A stretch of 35,380 bases of DNA from positions 1 to 35,380 of the forward strand of contig CAZQCJ010000053.1 of assembly GCA_964591885.1 (NCBI GenBank). Reading direction: 5' to 3'. The notes below the pieces were generated by a model. The model had not been told where the DNA came from. It ran no database searches and was given only the letters and a program-made list of their open reading frames with translations. Source of the DNA: an uncultured Gammaproteobacteria bacterium (GTDB lineage: Bacteria > Patescibacteriota > Microgenomatia > PFEM01 > JAPLYW01). Both the position numbers and the translations under genes were made by a program. Shown here in pieces: positions 1-10,020 of this stretch. Each line of letters opens with the position of its first letter. The first letter of the stretch is position 1.

Positions 1-579
1 TTAAATAATAATTTTGCCGAACAAAGAAATTTCGGCCTTCAAAAAGCCAAAGGGGATTGGATTTTCTTTATTGATGCTGATGAAAGAGTTTCCCCGAAAT
101 TAAAAAAAGAAATAAAGGAAAAGATAAAATCAACAAATCTAGATGGTTTTTATCTCAAAAGACAGGATTTTTTTGGTGGTAGATTTTTAAAACATGGTGA
201 GACCGCGAATATCTGTTTATTGAGGTTGGGAAGAAAGGGAAAAGGGAAGTGGCAGAGGGAAGTTCACGAAACTTGGGATATTAAAGAGAGTGTTGGTAGC
301 TTAAAAAATCCTTTATGGCATTATCCTCATCCGACGCTTAAAGAATTTATTGAACATGTTAATAGATTCTCCACTTTACATGCTCAGGTTTTGTTAAAAG
401 AAGGAGTTGAGCCGAGTCTTTTTCGTTTGTGGGCCAATCCGTTCGCTAAATTTATACAAAATTGTATTTTCAGATTAGGCTTTTTAGACAAGACACCAGG
501 GATTATTGTTGCCCTAATGATGAGTTTTCACTCTTTTTTAGCCCGAGCTAAGCTTTACCAACTATGGAAAAAATTATAA
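1..579 (+). CDS. Glycosyltransferase family 2 (5'-truncated by window edge)
   Basis: Frame 1 is open from nt 1. Translation reads LNNNFAEQRNFGLQKAKGDWIFFIDADERV..., with a GT-A type DxD ('DADE') motif, and continues into track ORF 220..579. Confidence 0.8.
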   Translation, partial: LNNNFAEQRNFGLQKAKGDWIFFIDADERVSPKLKKEIKEKIKSTNLDGFYLKRQDFFGGRFLKHGETANICLLRLGRKGKGKWQREVHETWDIKESVGSLKNPLWHYPHPTLKEFIEHVNRFSTLHAQVLLKEGVEPSLFRLWANPFAKFIQNCIFRLGFLDKTPGIIVALMMSFHSFLARAKLYQLWKKL

Positions 580-1754
580 CCAGCTTGTTTTTTATTTTCT
601 TGGTCTTGTTCCCCTTTGGACAATTAACCAGAATTCCCTTGAGTTTTCTTAATTTGCCTGAAGTCCATCTTTATTTAACCGATATTATCCTGTTTTTATT
701 GGTTTTAAGCTGGGGGATTTGTAAAATTTCCGAAAAGGGGAAGAAATATCAGCTGCCTGTTTTAGCTAAGCCGATTTTTCTGTTTACTGTTTTAGCAGTT
801 TTTTCTTTAATAGTGAATTCTCCCCTCTTTTCCAAGAGGGAATTGGGGGTTGGGTTTTTATATTTATTGAGATGGGTTTTTTACGCCGGCTTGTATTTTG
901 TTCTTTTTGATTTAAAAAAGAAGCTTGGATGGTTGAACTGGAAAAATGTACGGTGTTTTTTGATTATTATCGGTTCGGCTGTCGGGATTTTCGGTTTAAG
1001 CCAATATTTCTTATGGCCTAACTTAAAAGCTCTGGAGGTTTTGCAATATGATCCTCACTTTTATCGGGTTGTTGGTACTTTTCTTGACCCCGGCTTTACT
1101 GGTTTGATTTTAGTTTTTACTTTCTTTTTAATCATTGACTGTTGGTTTGAAGAAAAGAAAAAATGGTTAATTCCTTTATCCCTGATAATTTATTCGGCTT
1201 TAGCTCTAACTTATTCTAGAGCTTCTTGGTTAGTTTTTTTAATAGCTGTTCTGTTTGTTGCTTATTTTGTTGCTTATTTTAAAAAATCGTGGAAATTTTT
1301 ACTGGTAATTTTAGCTTTAATGGGATTTACTTATTTTCTACTGCCAAGACCAGCTGGCGAAGGCGGCAAAATCGAAAGAACTTATACTATTGAAGCTCGT
1401 TTAATTAACTACCAGCAAGCTTTAATGATCGCTAAAGAACATCCTTTTTTCGGCGTTGGTTTTAATACTTATCGTTATGCTCAGAGAGATTATGGTTTTT
1501 TTGAGGCTGAAGAATGGCGAATTAGCCATTCCGGCGCTGGCGCTGATAATAGTTGGCTTTTTGTTTTGGCTACAACTGGAGCCTTCGGTTTCTTAAGCTA
1601 TCTTTGGTTTTGGGGACGAGCTTTAAAAGAATCTAAAAAGAAAACTATTGTTTTAGTTAGTCTTTTAGCTTTAATTATCCATGCCTTTTTTGTAAATTCT
1701 TTGTTTTATTCCTGGATTATGGCATGGATATGGATTTTATTAGCTTTTGTCTAG
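564..1754 (+). CDS. O-antigen ligase/polymerase (Wzy_C-like) polytopic membrane protein
   Basis: 396 aa with many hydrophobic segments. The 'LALTYSRASWLVF' segment and a periplasmic-type loop are typical of the O-antigen ligase family. The start overlaps the GT2 gene by 16 nt. Confidence 0.75.
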   Translation: MEKIITSLFFIFLVLFPFGQLTRIPLSFLNLPEVHLYLTDIILFLLVLSWGICKISEKGKKYQLPVLAKPIFLFTVLAVFSLIVNSPLFSKRELGVGFLYLLRWVFYAGLYFVLFDLKKKLGWLNWKNVRCFLIIIGSAVGIFGLSQYFLWPNLKALEVLQYDPHFYRVVGTFLDPGFTGLILVFTFFLIIDCWFEEKKKWLIPLSLIIYSALALTYSRASWLVFLIAVLFVAYFVAYFKKSWKFLLVILALMGFTYFLLPRPAGEGGKIERTYTIEARLINYQQALMIAKEHPFFGVGFNTYRYAQRDYGFFEAEEWRISHSGAGADNSWLFVLATTGAFGFLSYLWFWGRALKESKKKTIVLVSLLALIIHAFFVNSLFYSWIMAWIWILLAFV

Positions 1755-1756
1755 AT

Positions 1757-2473
1757 TTAAGGAGAATAAGTAATAGTCAGGCTTTTTTCTGTTTTATTAC
1801 CAGCTTTATCAGTAGCTGTAATGTGAATTTTGTTTTCCCCTTGGTTAAGACCAAGGCTGTATTTAAAATTACTATCTTTATCTAAAACAATCAAATGATC
1901 ATTAATGGTTAACTCGACATTTTCTTCGGTTTTTCCGATAATATCTATTTTGGCATTTTCGTCAGAGACAACTTGTCCATCTTCAGGTTGGCTGATTTCT
2001 AAAATTGGCGGTTCATTATCATACCAAACAAATGTTCTTTCTGAATTAGCACTTTGATTGCCGGCTTTATCAACAGCTAAAGCGGATATCTCATTTTGAC
2101 CTAGAGTTAGATTTATTTTCCCCGAGAAAAAATTGCCTTCATTGTCAGCTAAAATTTCTTTAATTTCTTGCCCAGTCAGGAAAATTTTTACTGAAGCACC
2201 AGCTTCGGTAATGCCAGATATTTCAATTTCAGATTTGTTTGTTGCTTCTGGCAAAGCGTTAAGGATTGGTATCTGAGGTGGGATTTTATCCTCGATTTCA
2301 ACTTGCTGAGATGAATAACGGATATCGCCAAAAAAAATAGCCATTTTAATCAAGGCCGGAATACCCCAGAAGATGGCCCCCAAAATTAAAAACAGAGTCA
2401 GAAAAGTAAAAAGAGTAGCCCGTCGGAGATTTCTTCTTTCTTCTTTTTTGGATAGTAGGGAATATTTAGCCAT
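1757..2473 (-). CDS. Membrane-anchored protein with two Ig-like (Big-type) repeats
   Basis: One N-terminal TM helix (ATLFTFLTLFLILGAIFWGIPALI), then two beta-rich repeats each ending in a DKAGN motif (VDKAGNQS / TDKAGNKT). A TTGACA-16-TAAAAT promoter lies directly upstream. Confidence 0.6.
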   Translation of the reverse strand: MAKYSLLSKKEERRNLRRATLFTFLTLFLILGAIFWGIPALIKMAIFFGDIRYSSQQVEIEDKIPPQIPILNALPEATNKSEIEISGITEAGASVKIFLTGQEIKEILADNEGNFFSGKINLTLGQNEISALAVDKAGNQSANSERTFVWYDNEPPILEISQPEDGQVVSDENAKIDIIGKTEENVELTINDHLIVLDKDSNFKYSLGLNQGENKIHITATDKAGNKTEKSLTITYSP

Positions 2474-2525
2474 CTTAATTTTATGAGAAAAAAATATTTT
2501 GTCAAAATCAGGCTCTTGTTTTCAG

Positions 2526-2598
2526 AGCCGATGGTCGGAGTCGAACCGACGACCTAACGCTTACGAAGCGTTTGCTCTACCGACTGAGCTACATCGGC
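2526..2598 (-). tRNA. tRNA-Thr (anticodon CGU)
   Basis: The reverse complement folds as a cloverleaf: acceptor GCCGATG/CATCGGC, anticodon stem AACGC/GCGTT, loop TTCGTAA, T-loop GTCGG-TTCGACT-CCGAC. No CCA is encoded. Confidence 0.9.
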
Positions 2599-2608
2599 AT
2601 AGAAACAG

Positions 2609-2679
2609 AGCGGGATAGGGGAGTCGAACCCCTCTTTTCACCTTGGGAAGGTGATGTTGAGCCGCTCAACTAATCCCGC
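2609..2679 (-). tRNA. tRNA-Gly (anticodon CCC)
   Basis: Reverse complement: acceptor GCGGGAT/ATCCCGC, anticodon stem TCACC/GGTGA, loop TTCCCAA, T-arm AGGGG-TTCGACT-CCCCT. Confidence 0.9.
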
Positions 2680-2712
2680 ACTTTATTATTTTTTTACCTT
2701 TCCTAGCGTTAA

Positions 2713-3291
2713 TTATCGAGGTAATTTTAAAATATTGCCTGGATGAATTAAATCAGGATTGCTTAGATTATTTTCATGGGCAATTTTCACCCATTGATAG
2801 CCATCTTGATAGGTTCGAACAGCAATATTCCATAAATTATCACCTTTAACTACCGTGTATTCATCACTGCTAATTTCTTGTTCAGCTATTTTTTCAGCTG
2901 GTTCTCTAACAGTTGTTTTTGGTAGGACTAGTTCTTGTCCAACCAGCAAATAGTCAGCATTAATTAAGCTATTTTCTTTAGCAATATCAACCCAATTGTA
3001 GCCAGAGCTGTAAAATTTTTCGGCAATTTCCCAAAGATTATCTCCGGCTTGAACTTGATAGGTTATAGGTAAACCTTCAGGGACTAATCTGCCTTCTTCT
3101 TCAATTAATTTAACTTCGTCTGCTGTTTGGGTTGGTTGACTTTCTTCGATTTTGTTTTTATCAACGCTACGGAAATAATTAAAGATTAAAGTACCAATGA
3201 CAATTACAACAACAACTCCAAGAATGACACTAATGGTTGATTCATTGAGCTTAACCCTTTTAAGAAAGTTTTTTAAACGCCCGTTGTTCAT
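2713..3291 (-). CDS. LysM-domain peptidoglycan-binding protein (TM anchor plus 2 LysM repeats)
   Basis: N-terminal TM helix, then two LysM-like repeats (YQVQAGDNLWEIAEKFY...LVGQELVLP and YTVVKGDNLWNIAVRTY...IHPGNILKLP). Confidence 0.85.
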   Translation of the reverse strand: MNNGRLKNFLKRVKLNESTISVILGVVVVIVIGTLIFNYFRSVDKNKIEESQPTQTADEVKLIEEEGRLVPEGLPITYQVQAGDNLWEIAEKFYSSGYNWVDIAKENSLINADYLLVGQELVLPKTTVREPAEKIAEQEISSDEYTVVKGDNLWNIAVRTYQDGYQWVKIAHENNLSNPDLIHPGNILKLPR

Positions 3292-3335
3292 TTATTGATA
3301 AAAGGACTTTTGACCTCCTTCCTAGGCAGAGGTAA

Positions 3336-3408
3336 GCGGGCCCGACCGGAGTCGAACCGGCGATCTTCCGCGTGACAGGCGGATGTGTTAACCACTACAC
3401 TACGGACC
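3336..3408 (-). tRNA. tRNA-Asp (anticodon GUC)
   Basis: Reverse complement: acceptor GGGTCCG/CGGGCCC, anticodon stem TCCGC/GCGGA, loop CTGTCAC, T-loop TTCGACT. Confidence 0.9.
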
Positions 3409-3463
3409 CTTTTTAATTGCGTTTAGAATAGCAAATTATTGAGCTCAAGTCAACGCTTGTGAT

Positions 3464-5257
3464 ATGATGAAAAAGATGAAAATGAGTCGGGAGATGACTA
3501 ACAAAGAAGTGGCTCGTCTTCTAGAAGAAATTTCCGCTGCTTTAGAAGTTAAAGATGGTAATAGGTTTAAAATTGCTGCTTACGACCGGGTTGCTAATGC
3601 TATTAAAAATACCACCAGTGAAGCTAGAGATCTTTGGAAAAATAATAAACTTCAGGAGATTCCTGGTATTGGGACCAGTCTTTCGGCTCATTTGGATGAG
3701 CTTTTCCGAACAGGCAAAGTTGTTCATTTTGAGAAAATTTTTCGTAATTTACCCGCGGCGATGTTTGAATTTTTAAAGATTCCTGGTGTTGGCCCTAAAA
3801 CTGCTTATAAACTTGCCCAAGAATTGAAGATTAAAGAAGCTAAAACAGCCTTTACTCGCCTTAAAAAAGCTCTTAAAGCTGGTAAAATAAGGGTTATTGA
3901 AGGTTTTGGCGAACAATCAGAAAAAGACATTTTAGAGGGGTTAAAAAGCCTTAAGAAACGTTCGGAAAGGATGTTGCTACCTTTTGCTTGTGAGCTAGCT
4001 CAGAAAGTTATTAAATATCTTTCTAAGGGAGAAGCTGGTAGTAGGAGGATTGATTCTTTAGGCAGTTTACGACGCATGACCGCTACTATTGGTGATATTG
4101 ACTTGGCGGTAGCGACTACCCAACCTAAAAAAGCTATCAAAAGGTTTGTTTCTTTTCCGGAAGCTAAGGAAGTGGTTGTGGCTGGTGATAATACCGCTCG
4201 TATTATTCATCATAGCGGAGAACAAATTGATCTTAAAACAATGGATCCTCAAGCTTATGGAGCTTTACTTCAACACTTTACCGGTTCAAAACAACATAAT
4301 ATTCATCTAAGAGAAATTGCCCAGAAAAAAGGCCTTAGTTTATCCGAATATGGTATTAAAAAGGGAAATAAGATAAAAGCATATAGTACAGAAGAGGCTT
4401 TTTATCAAGCTTTAGGAATGGCATGGATTCCACCGGAATTAAGAGAAGACACAGGTGAGATTGAGGCTGCACAGAAGAGAAGACTACCAGAATTAATTGA
4501 GAAGAAAGATATTCTTGGTGATCTTCATGTTCATTCTTCCTTTCCAATTGAAACAAGTCATGATGAAGGTTCAGATAGTTTTGAAGTCCTTTTAGAAAAA
4601 GCAGCAAAATTGGGCTATCAATATCTAGGTTTTTCCGAACATAATCCCAGCTCAAGTCAACATAGCCCAAAACAAATAATTGAAATATTAAAGAGAAAAA
4701 GAGAACAAATTGATAAATTAAATTACTCAAGGGTAAAAAAGTTATCCATTTATGCCTTAAATAGTCTGGAAATAGATATAAAACCAGATGGTTCACTGGC
4801 TTTGCCTGATGAAGCTTTAAAATATTTGGATTTTGCTATTGCTTCAGTTCACAGCAGTTTTAAAATGCCAAGTCGAGAAATGACAAAGCGTGTTTTAAAT
4901 TCATTAGTCCATCCGAAGATAAAAATTTTGGGTCATCCAACTGGCCGTAAATTAGGCGAAAGGGAAGGTTTTGAGCTTGACTGGGAAAAAATCTTCGCTT
5001 TTTGTCTTAAAAATAACAAATATTTAGAAATTAATGCCTGGCCTAATCGTTTAGATCTGCCTGATACTCTTATTCGTCAAGCTGTGAAAAGCGGAGTGAA
5101 AATGGTAATTAACACTGATGCCCATGCTGTTAAGCAATTAGATTTAATATCCTACGGAGTGGCTATGGCCAGACGAGGTTGGGTCACTAAAAATGATATT
5201 ATTAATACCATGGGTTATAATAAATTGAAAAAAATTTTGAATTTTGAAGGGAGGTGA
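3464..5257 (+). CDS. polX: Family X DNA polymerase with C-terminal PHP domain (PolX)
   Basis: N-terminal HhH region (EIPGIGTSL, KIPGVGPKTA), a pol-beta nucleotidyltransferase motif GDIDLAV, and a C-terminal PHP domain (GDLHVHSSF ... NTDAH). The true start may be an internal ATG, at 3476 or 3494. Confidence 0.9.
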   Translation: MMKKMKMSREMTNKEVARLLEEISAALEVKDGNRFKIAAYDRVANAIKNTTSEARDLWKNNKLQEIPGIGTSLSAHLDELFRTGKVVHFEKIFRNLPAAMFEFLKIPGVGPKTAYKLAQELKIKEAKTAFTRLKKALKAGKIRVIEGFGEQSEKDILEGLKSLKKRSERMLLPFACELAQKVIKYLSKGEAGSRRIDSLGSLRRMTATIGDIDLAVATTQPKKAIKRFVSFPEAKEVVVAGDNTARIIHHSGEQIDLKTMDPQAYGALLQHFTGSKQHNIHLREIAQKKGLSLSEYGIKKGNKIKAYSTEEAFYQALGMAWIPPELREDTGEIEAAQKRRLPELIEKKDILGDLHVHSSFPIETSHDEGSDSFEVLLEKAAKLGYQYLGFSEHNPSSSQHSPKQIIEILKRKREQIDKLNYSRVKKLSIYALNSLEIDIKPDGSLALPDEALKYLDFAIASVHSSFKMPSREMTKRVLNSLVHPKIKILGHPTGRKLGEREGFELDWEKIFAFCLKNNKYLEINAWPNRLDLPDTLIRQAVKSGVKMVINTDAHAVKQLDLISYGVAMARRGWVTKNDIINTMGYNKLKKILNFEGR

Positions 5258-5261
5258 GAAA

Positions 5262-5852
5262 ATGACAGATTTTATTATTTTAATTATTGTTATAGCAGCA
5301 GTAGTTTTGCTCTATTTCTGGTCTTTATATAACCGTTTTGTCACAACCAAGACTCGAATTAAAGCCTCAATTCAGGAAATTGGCAATCAGCTTAAAAGAC
5401 AGGCTGATTTGATTCCTAATTTAGTTGCTTCTGTTAAAGGTTATATGAAGCATGAAAAAACTATTTTTGAGGAATTAACCGAAGCGAGAAAACAGGTTGT
5501 CAAGGTTGTTGATGGTAATAATACTCAGAAGATGATTGAAGCTGGAAACCGCCTGCAAAGCGCCTTAGCTCCTATTCGGGCTGTTTTTGAATCAACACCT
5601 CAGCTTCAAGCAGTTGGCCCTACAAGTCAGTTAATGGAAGAATTAAGGGATACAGCTGACAAGGTTATGTATTCCCGTCGGACTTTAATTGATTTGACAG
5701 CTGATTATAATATTATGTTAGCAAGATTCCCTTCTAATCTGGTTGGTAAAATGTTTCGTTTCCAGCCGGAGGCAGGTTTGAAAATGCCTGAAGAAGAGGA
5801 ACCAATAATTGTTAAAAAGGAGCAATTAAAAACGCCTAAGGTAGAAATTTAA
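5262..5852 (+). CDS. lemA: LemA family membrane protein
   Basis: N-terminal TM helix followed by YNRFV...IQEIGNQLKRQADLIPNLVASVKGYMKHE, the typical LemA signature. A GGGAGGTGA Shine-Dalgarno (SD) sequence lies 4 nt upstream of ATG 5262. The track start at 5244 is a TTG inside the polX end. Confidence 0.88.
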   Translation: MTDFIILIIVIAAVVLLYFWSLYNRFVTTKTRIKASIQEIGNQLKRQADLIPNLVASVKGYMKHEKTIFEELTEARKQVVKVVDGNNTQKMIEAGNRLQSALAPIRAVFESTPQLQAVGPTSQLMEELRDTADKVMYSRRTLIDLTADYNIMLARFPSNLVGKMFRFQPEAGLKMPEEEEPIIVKKEQLKTPKVEI

Positions 5853-6754
5853 TGATTAACGTTTACGAACAAGTTGATCGTAATAAGCGCCGCAGTGTCA
5901 TTATTATGGTGACTTTTATCATTTTTATAACTTTAGTAACTTGGCTTTTCAGTGAAGCTTTAAATTACAGTCCAGGGATTATTGGTTGGGCTTTAGTTAT
6001 CTCGGGTTTAATAAGTTTTGCCAGTTATTGGTGGTCGGATAAAATTATTTTAACTATTTCTAAAGCTAGACCAGCTGATAAAAAAAGAGACTTTCAATTT
6101 TTTACCGTTACGGAAAACTTGGCTTTAGCTTCTCAAGTGCCTATGCCCAGACTTTATGTTATTGAAGATAGTGCTCCTAATGCTTTTGCTACTGGGCGAG
6201 ATATTAATCATGCTGTTATTTGTGCTACCACTGGTTTAATTTCTAAACTTAACCGAACAGAGTTAGAGGGAGTTGTGGCTCATGAAATGAGTCATATTAA
6301 AAATTATGATATGCTTTTGATGAGCATTGTTACCGTCCTTGTAGGAATGATTATTCTAATTTCTGATTGGTTTCTTCGTGGTTTTCAATTCAGCGGTCGT
6401 TCCCGTAGCCGTGAAAACGGGAATATCGGGGTAATTCTTTTTTTAGTTGGTTTAATTTTAGCTTTGCTTTCACCGCTTATTGCTAAATTGATTCAGTTGG
6501 CTATTTCCCGTCGTAGAGAGTCTTTAGCCGATGCTTCAGGAGTAATGTTAACCAAATATCCTGATGGTTTAATTAGTGCCCTACAGAAGATTTCTAGCGA
6601 TAAAGAACCATTGGAAGTTGCTAACAAAGCGATGGCCCATCTTTATATTGTCAATCCCTTTAAAGGCTCGCTGGCTAAAAACTGGATGGCTAATCTCTTT
6701 AATACTCACCCGCCGATAGAGGAGAGAATTAAAGCTTTAAAGGAGATGAGGTAA
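5852..6754 (+). CDS. htpX: HtpX-like M48 zinc metalloprotease
   Basis: HEMSHIKNYD (HExxH) motif, a downstream RRRESLADASG glutamate motif and four TM segments. The start overlaps the lemA stop (TAATG). Confidence 0.9.
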   Translation: MINVYEQVDRNKRRSVIIMVTFIIFITLVTWLFSEALNYSPGIIGWALVISGLISFASYWWSDKIILTISKARPADKKRDFQFFTVTENLALASQVPMPRLYVIEDSAPNAFATGRDINHAVICATTGLISKLNRTELEGVVAHEMSHIKNYDMLLMSIVTVLVGMIILISDWFLRGFQFSGRSRSRENGNIGVILFLVGLILALLSPLIAKLIQLAISRRRESLADASGVMLTKYPDGLISALQKISSDKEPLEVANKAMAHLYIVNPFKGSLAKNWMANLFNTHPPIEERIKALKEMR

Positions 6755-7059
6755 TGAAAAAAAGTTTTAAACTAAGCGAAAAAGAAGTAAAACATGTGGC
6801 TAAATTGGCAAGATTAGACTTAACGCCTCAGGAAGTAAAAAGATTTCAAGAACAGCTTTCAGAAATTTTGTCTTACATAGAAGTTCTAAGTGAGGTTAAA
6901 GTTGAGAAAATTGAACCAACCAGCCAAGTGACTTCTTTGGAGAATGTTTTTAGTAAAGACCAAAACCAATCTTCTCTAAGTCAAAAAGAAGCTTTGTCAG
7001 AGGCTGAAGAAACTCATCGTGGGTTTTTCAAAATTAAAAGAATTATAAGAAATAATTAA
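6754..7059 (+). CDS. gatC: Asp/Glu-tRNA amidotransferase subunit C
   Basis: About 100 aa. The sequence VKHVAKLARLDLTPQEVKRFQEQLSEILSYIE is a GatC hallmark. It sits immediately upstream of gatA/gatB and overlaps the htpX stop (TAATG). Confidence 0.9.
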   Translation: MKKSFKLSEKEVKHVAKLARLDLTPQEVKRFQEQLSEILSYIEVLSEVKVEKIEPTSQVTSLENVFSKDQNQSSLSQKEALSEAEETHRGFFKIKRIIRNN

Positions 7060-7070
7060 AAATTATTAAA

Positions 7071-8471
7071 ATGGAATTAACACAGCTTTCAATCAGTCAG
7101 ATTCAGGAAGGTCTAAAAAAGAAAAAATTTTCGTCTTTTGAAGTTGTAAAATCATCTTTAAAAAAGATTAAAGATGATAATCCCAAACTTAATGCTTTTT
7201 TAAGCGTTTGTGAAAGAGAAGCTTTAATTGAAGCTCAAAAAGCCGATGGTTTATTAAATCATCAAGCCTCAGTTTTTAAGCAACAGCCTTTACTGGGAAT
7301 ACCCATAGCAGTCAAGGATATTTTCTGCACCAAAGGTATAAAAACAACGGCTGCTTCAAAAGTCTTGGAGAATTATATTCCGGCTTACGATGCCACCGCA
7401 GTAAAAAAATTAAAAAAAGCTGGAGCTATTATTATTGGGAAAACCAATCTTGATGCTTGGGCTCATGGTTCTTCAGGGGAAAATTCCGATTTTGGTATAA
7501 CTAAAAATCCCTGGCGTGAAGATTATGTCCCTGGAGGTTCAAGTAGTGGTTCTGCAGTTGCAGTTGCCGCCCAGATGGCTTTTGGGGCTATTGGTACTGA
7601 TACGGGGGGGTCAATTCGTTTACCGGCTTCCTTTTGCGGTGTTTTGGGGCTAAAGCCAAGCTATGGAAGAATTTCTCGTTATGGAGTGATTGCGATGGCT
7701 TCTTCCTTAGATACTGTTGGCTGTTTTGGCAAAGAGACTATGGATTTGGCTATTCTTTTACAGATTATGTCTGGTGGTGATAAATACGATGCGACTTCTT
7801 TAAACCAGCCAGTCCCGAATTATCAGCAAAGACTGTGGGGAAATAAACAAAATCTGAAAATCGGTTTACCTAAAGAATATTTTTCACAAGGCCTGGACAG
7901 AAAAGTTGAAGAAAAAGTAAGAAAAGCGATTAATAAATTGGAAAAACTGGGGGCGAAAATAATTGAAGTTTCTTTGCCTCATAGCCATTATGCTCTTGCT
8001 GCTTACTATATTATTCAATCCTCAGAGGTTTCTTCTAATTTAGCTCGTTATGATGGTATCCGTTATGGTTTTGGCCGTGCTTCTTTTGGCGATGAAGCTA
8101 AAAGAAGAATAATGCTGGGAACATATGCCCTTTCGGCTGGTTATTACGAGGCTTATTATTTAAAAGCAATGAAGGTTAGGAGTTTAATTAGAAAAGATTT
8201 TGACGAGGTTTTCAAGAAAGTTGATGTTTTACTAACGCCAGTTTCACCCACTTTACCATTTAGAATAGGGGAAAAAACAATAGACCCTTTGAAAATGTAT
8301 TTATCAGATATTTATACAGTAACAGCTAATTTGGCTGGTATCCCTGGGCTTTCGTTACCGGCTGGAAAGGTTGATAACCTCCCTGTTGGTTTCCAGCTTT
8401 TAGGGCCGCAGCTTAGCGAAGAATTACTTTTTCAGATTGCCTATCAGTATGAACAAGAAAATGTTATTTAA
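7071..8471 (+). CDS. gatA: Asp/Glu-tRNA amidotransferase subunit A (amidase signature)
   Basis: Amidase signature [12 protein letters not shown]...[16 protein letters not shown], with KD...TTAAS upstream. Confidence 0.95.
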   Translation: MELTQLSISQIQEGLKKKKFSSFEVVKSSLKKIKDDNPKLNAFLSVCEREALIEAQKADGLLNHQASVFKQQPLLGIPIAVKDIFCTKGIKTTAASKVLENYIPAYDATAVKKLKKAGAIIIGKTNLDAWAHGSSGENSDFGITKNPWREDYVPGGSSSGSAVAVAAQMAFGAIGTDTGGSIRLPASFCGVLGLKPSYGRISRYGVIAMASSLDTVGCFGKETMDLAILLQIMSGGDKYDATSLNQPVPNYQQRLWGNKQNLKIGLPKEYFSQGLDRKVEEKVRKAINKLEKLGAKIIEVSLPHSHYALAAYYIIQSSEVSSNLARYDGIRYGFGRASFGDEAKRRIMLGTYALSAGYYEAYYLKAMKVRSLIRKDFDEVFKKVDVLLTPVSPTLPFRIGEKTIDPLKMYLSDIYTVTANLAGIPGLSLPAGKVDNLPVGFQLLGPQLSEELLFQIAYQYEQENVI

Positions 8472-9771
8472 AGTTTTAATCGGTCTTGAAATTCATGTTG
8501 AATTAAAGACAAAATCTAAGATGTTTTGTCGTTGTTCAACTGATTATTTTGGTCATTTGCCGAACAGCTATGTTTGCCCGGTCTGTTTAGGTTTGCCTGG
8601 TGCTTTACCGTATCCTAATCAAAAGGCTATCGAAGCTGTGGTTCTCGCTGGTTTAGCTTTAAATTGTCAGATAGCTAATTTTAGCAAGTTTGACCGCAAA
8701 AATTATTTTTATCCCGATTTACCCAAAGGTTATCAAATAAGTCAGTATGATTTGCCTTTGTGTCAGAAAGGTGAATTTGAAAAAGTCAAAATTATAAGAG
8801 TCCACTTAGAAGAAGACACAGGTAAGCTTATTCATGGAGTGGTTAATAACAAAAAAGCTTCTTTGATTGATTTTAACCGTTCGGGCATTCCCTTAATGGA
8901 AATTGTTACAGAACCTAATCTCTGTTCAGCTAGTCAGACTAAGGATTTTTTAAAGAAGCTTCAGCAGTTGGTCCGTTGCCTTGGTATAGCTGATGCTGAT
9001 ATGGAAAAAGGCCAAATGAGATGTGAGCCTACGGTTAATCTGGAAATTGAAAAGAACGGGAAAAAATATTATACCCCTTTAGTAGAAATTAAAAACATTA
9101 ATTCTTTCCGGTTTGCTGAAAAAGCAATTGAATATGAAATCAAAAGACAATTTGAAGAATTTAAGAAGACTGGCTTTGAGAAGCAAACCGGTAATAAAAG
9201 TACTAGGGGTTGGGATGATAAAGAACAAAAAACGGTTTTGCAAAGAGAAAAAGAAGAAGCAGCTGATTATCGTTATTTCCCTGAACCCGATATTCCTCCG
9301 ATTCGCTTAAGTAATGAACAAATTAAAGAAATTAAGGCTAAAATTCCAGAATTACCTCAAGAGAAAATAATTAATTTGAAAAAGATAGGACTTTCAAATT
9401 ATCAGGCGGAATTATTGTCAAGAACAGATAAAAATATAAAAGTTCTTGAAGACAGCTTGAAAATCAGCGAGAAACTCAAGGTTAAAATAAACCCGTCAAA
9501 AGCCACTGACCTGATTATTAATAAAAAAGTCAAGACTGCCCAAGAGATTATTGATAAACTTTCAAACAAAAAACCAGGCATGGATAAAAATGAATTGGTT
9601 CTAATGATCGGAAATGTTATTAAAGATAATCCTTTAGTAGTTGAGCAATTTAAAAAAGGTAAGGAGACAGTTGTTGAGTTTTTAGTTGGTCAGGTAATGG
9701 CTAGAACAAAAGGTAAAGCTGTCCCTCAAGAAGTACGTAAGCTCTTTCGTGAAAAGTTAAAATCTGCTTGA
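8461..9771 (+). CDS. gatB: Asp/Glu-tRNA amidotransferase subunit B
   Basis: [35 protein letters not shown] plus a C-terminal GatB/YqeY region. ATG 8461 gives the canonical N-terminus; the track ORF begins at 8437. Confidence 0.93.
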   Translation: MLFKVLIGLEIHVELKTKSKMFCRCSTDYFGHLPNSYVCPVCLGLPGALPYPNQKAIEAVVLAGLALNCQIANFSKFDRKNYFYPDLPKGYQISQYDLPLCQKGEFEKVKIIRVHLEEDTGKLIHGVVNNKKASLIDFNRSGIPLMEIVTEPNLCSASQTKDFLKKLQQLVRCLGIADADMEKGQMRCEPTVNLEIEKNGKKYYTPLVEIKNINSFRFAEKAIEYEIKRQFEEFKKTGFEKQTGNKSTRGWDDKEQKTVLQREKEEAADYRYFPEPDIPPIRLSNEQIKEIKAKIPELPQEKIINLKKIGLSNYQAELLSRTDKNIKVLEDSLKISEKLKVKINPSKATDLIINKKVKTAQEIIDKLSNKKPGMDKNELVLMIGNVIKDNPLVVEQFKKGKETVVEFLVGQVMARTKGKAVPQEVRKLFREKLKSA

Positions 9772-9814
9772 AAAAAATCTCCTAACAAGGTAAATTTAAG
9801 AAAGAGGAAAAGCA

Positions 9815-9958
9815 ATGGGAGAAAACTTAGGGGAAGAAAAAATAATCTCAACAGAAAACATAAAACAGGCAATAAATTTTGCTGGTGCTTTTCCAGAAAA
9901 AAATAAATTAAAAAAAATTCTGAATATCTTGGAAGAGAAAAATATTGGCTTTCGTTAG
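9815..9958 (+). CDS. 47-codon ORF, probably the displaced N-terminal piece of the downstream GGDEF gene
   Basis: A GAGG SD sequence lies 7 nt upstream of ATG 9815. The frame-2 ORF ends at TAG 9956-9958. The downstream GGDEF reading frame (frame 1) is already open from 9907 and overlaps it. Confidence 0.35.
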   Translation: MGENLGEEKIISTENIKQAINFAGAFPEKNKLKKILNILEEKNIGFR

Positions 9959-10020
9959 TTAAATCGCTAAAAGAAGATGTTCTTAAGGGAAAGCTCAATT
10001 GGGGTCAATATGATGAGATT

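Noticed and set aside
3542-4796. Track ORFs 3542-3727(-), 3555-3776(+), 4067-4252(-) and 4356-4796(-) inside polX
   Set aside because: They lie antisense or out of frame within a well-supported conserved CDS, give low-complexity translations, and have no SD sequence or promoter.
9113-9998. Track ORFs 9113-9310(+) and 9726-9998(-)
   Set aside because: The first is out of frame inside gatB. The second is a low-complexity L/F-rich antisense translation of the gatB end and the GGDEF upstream region.
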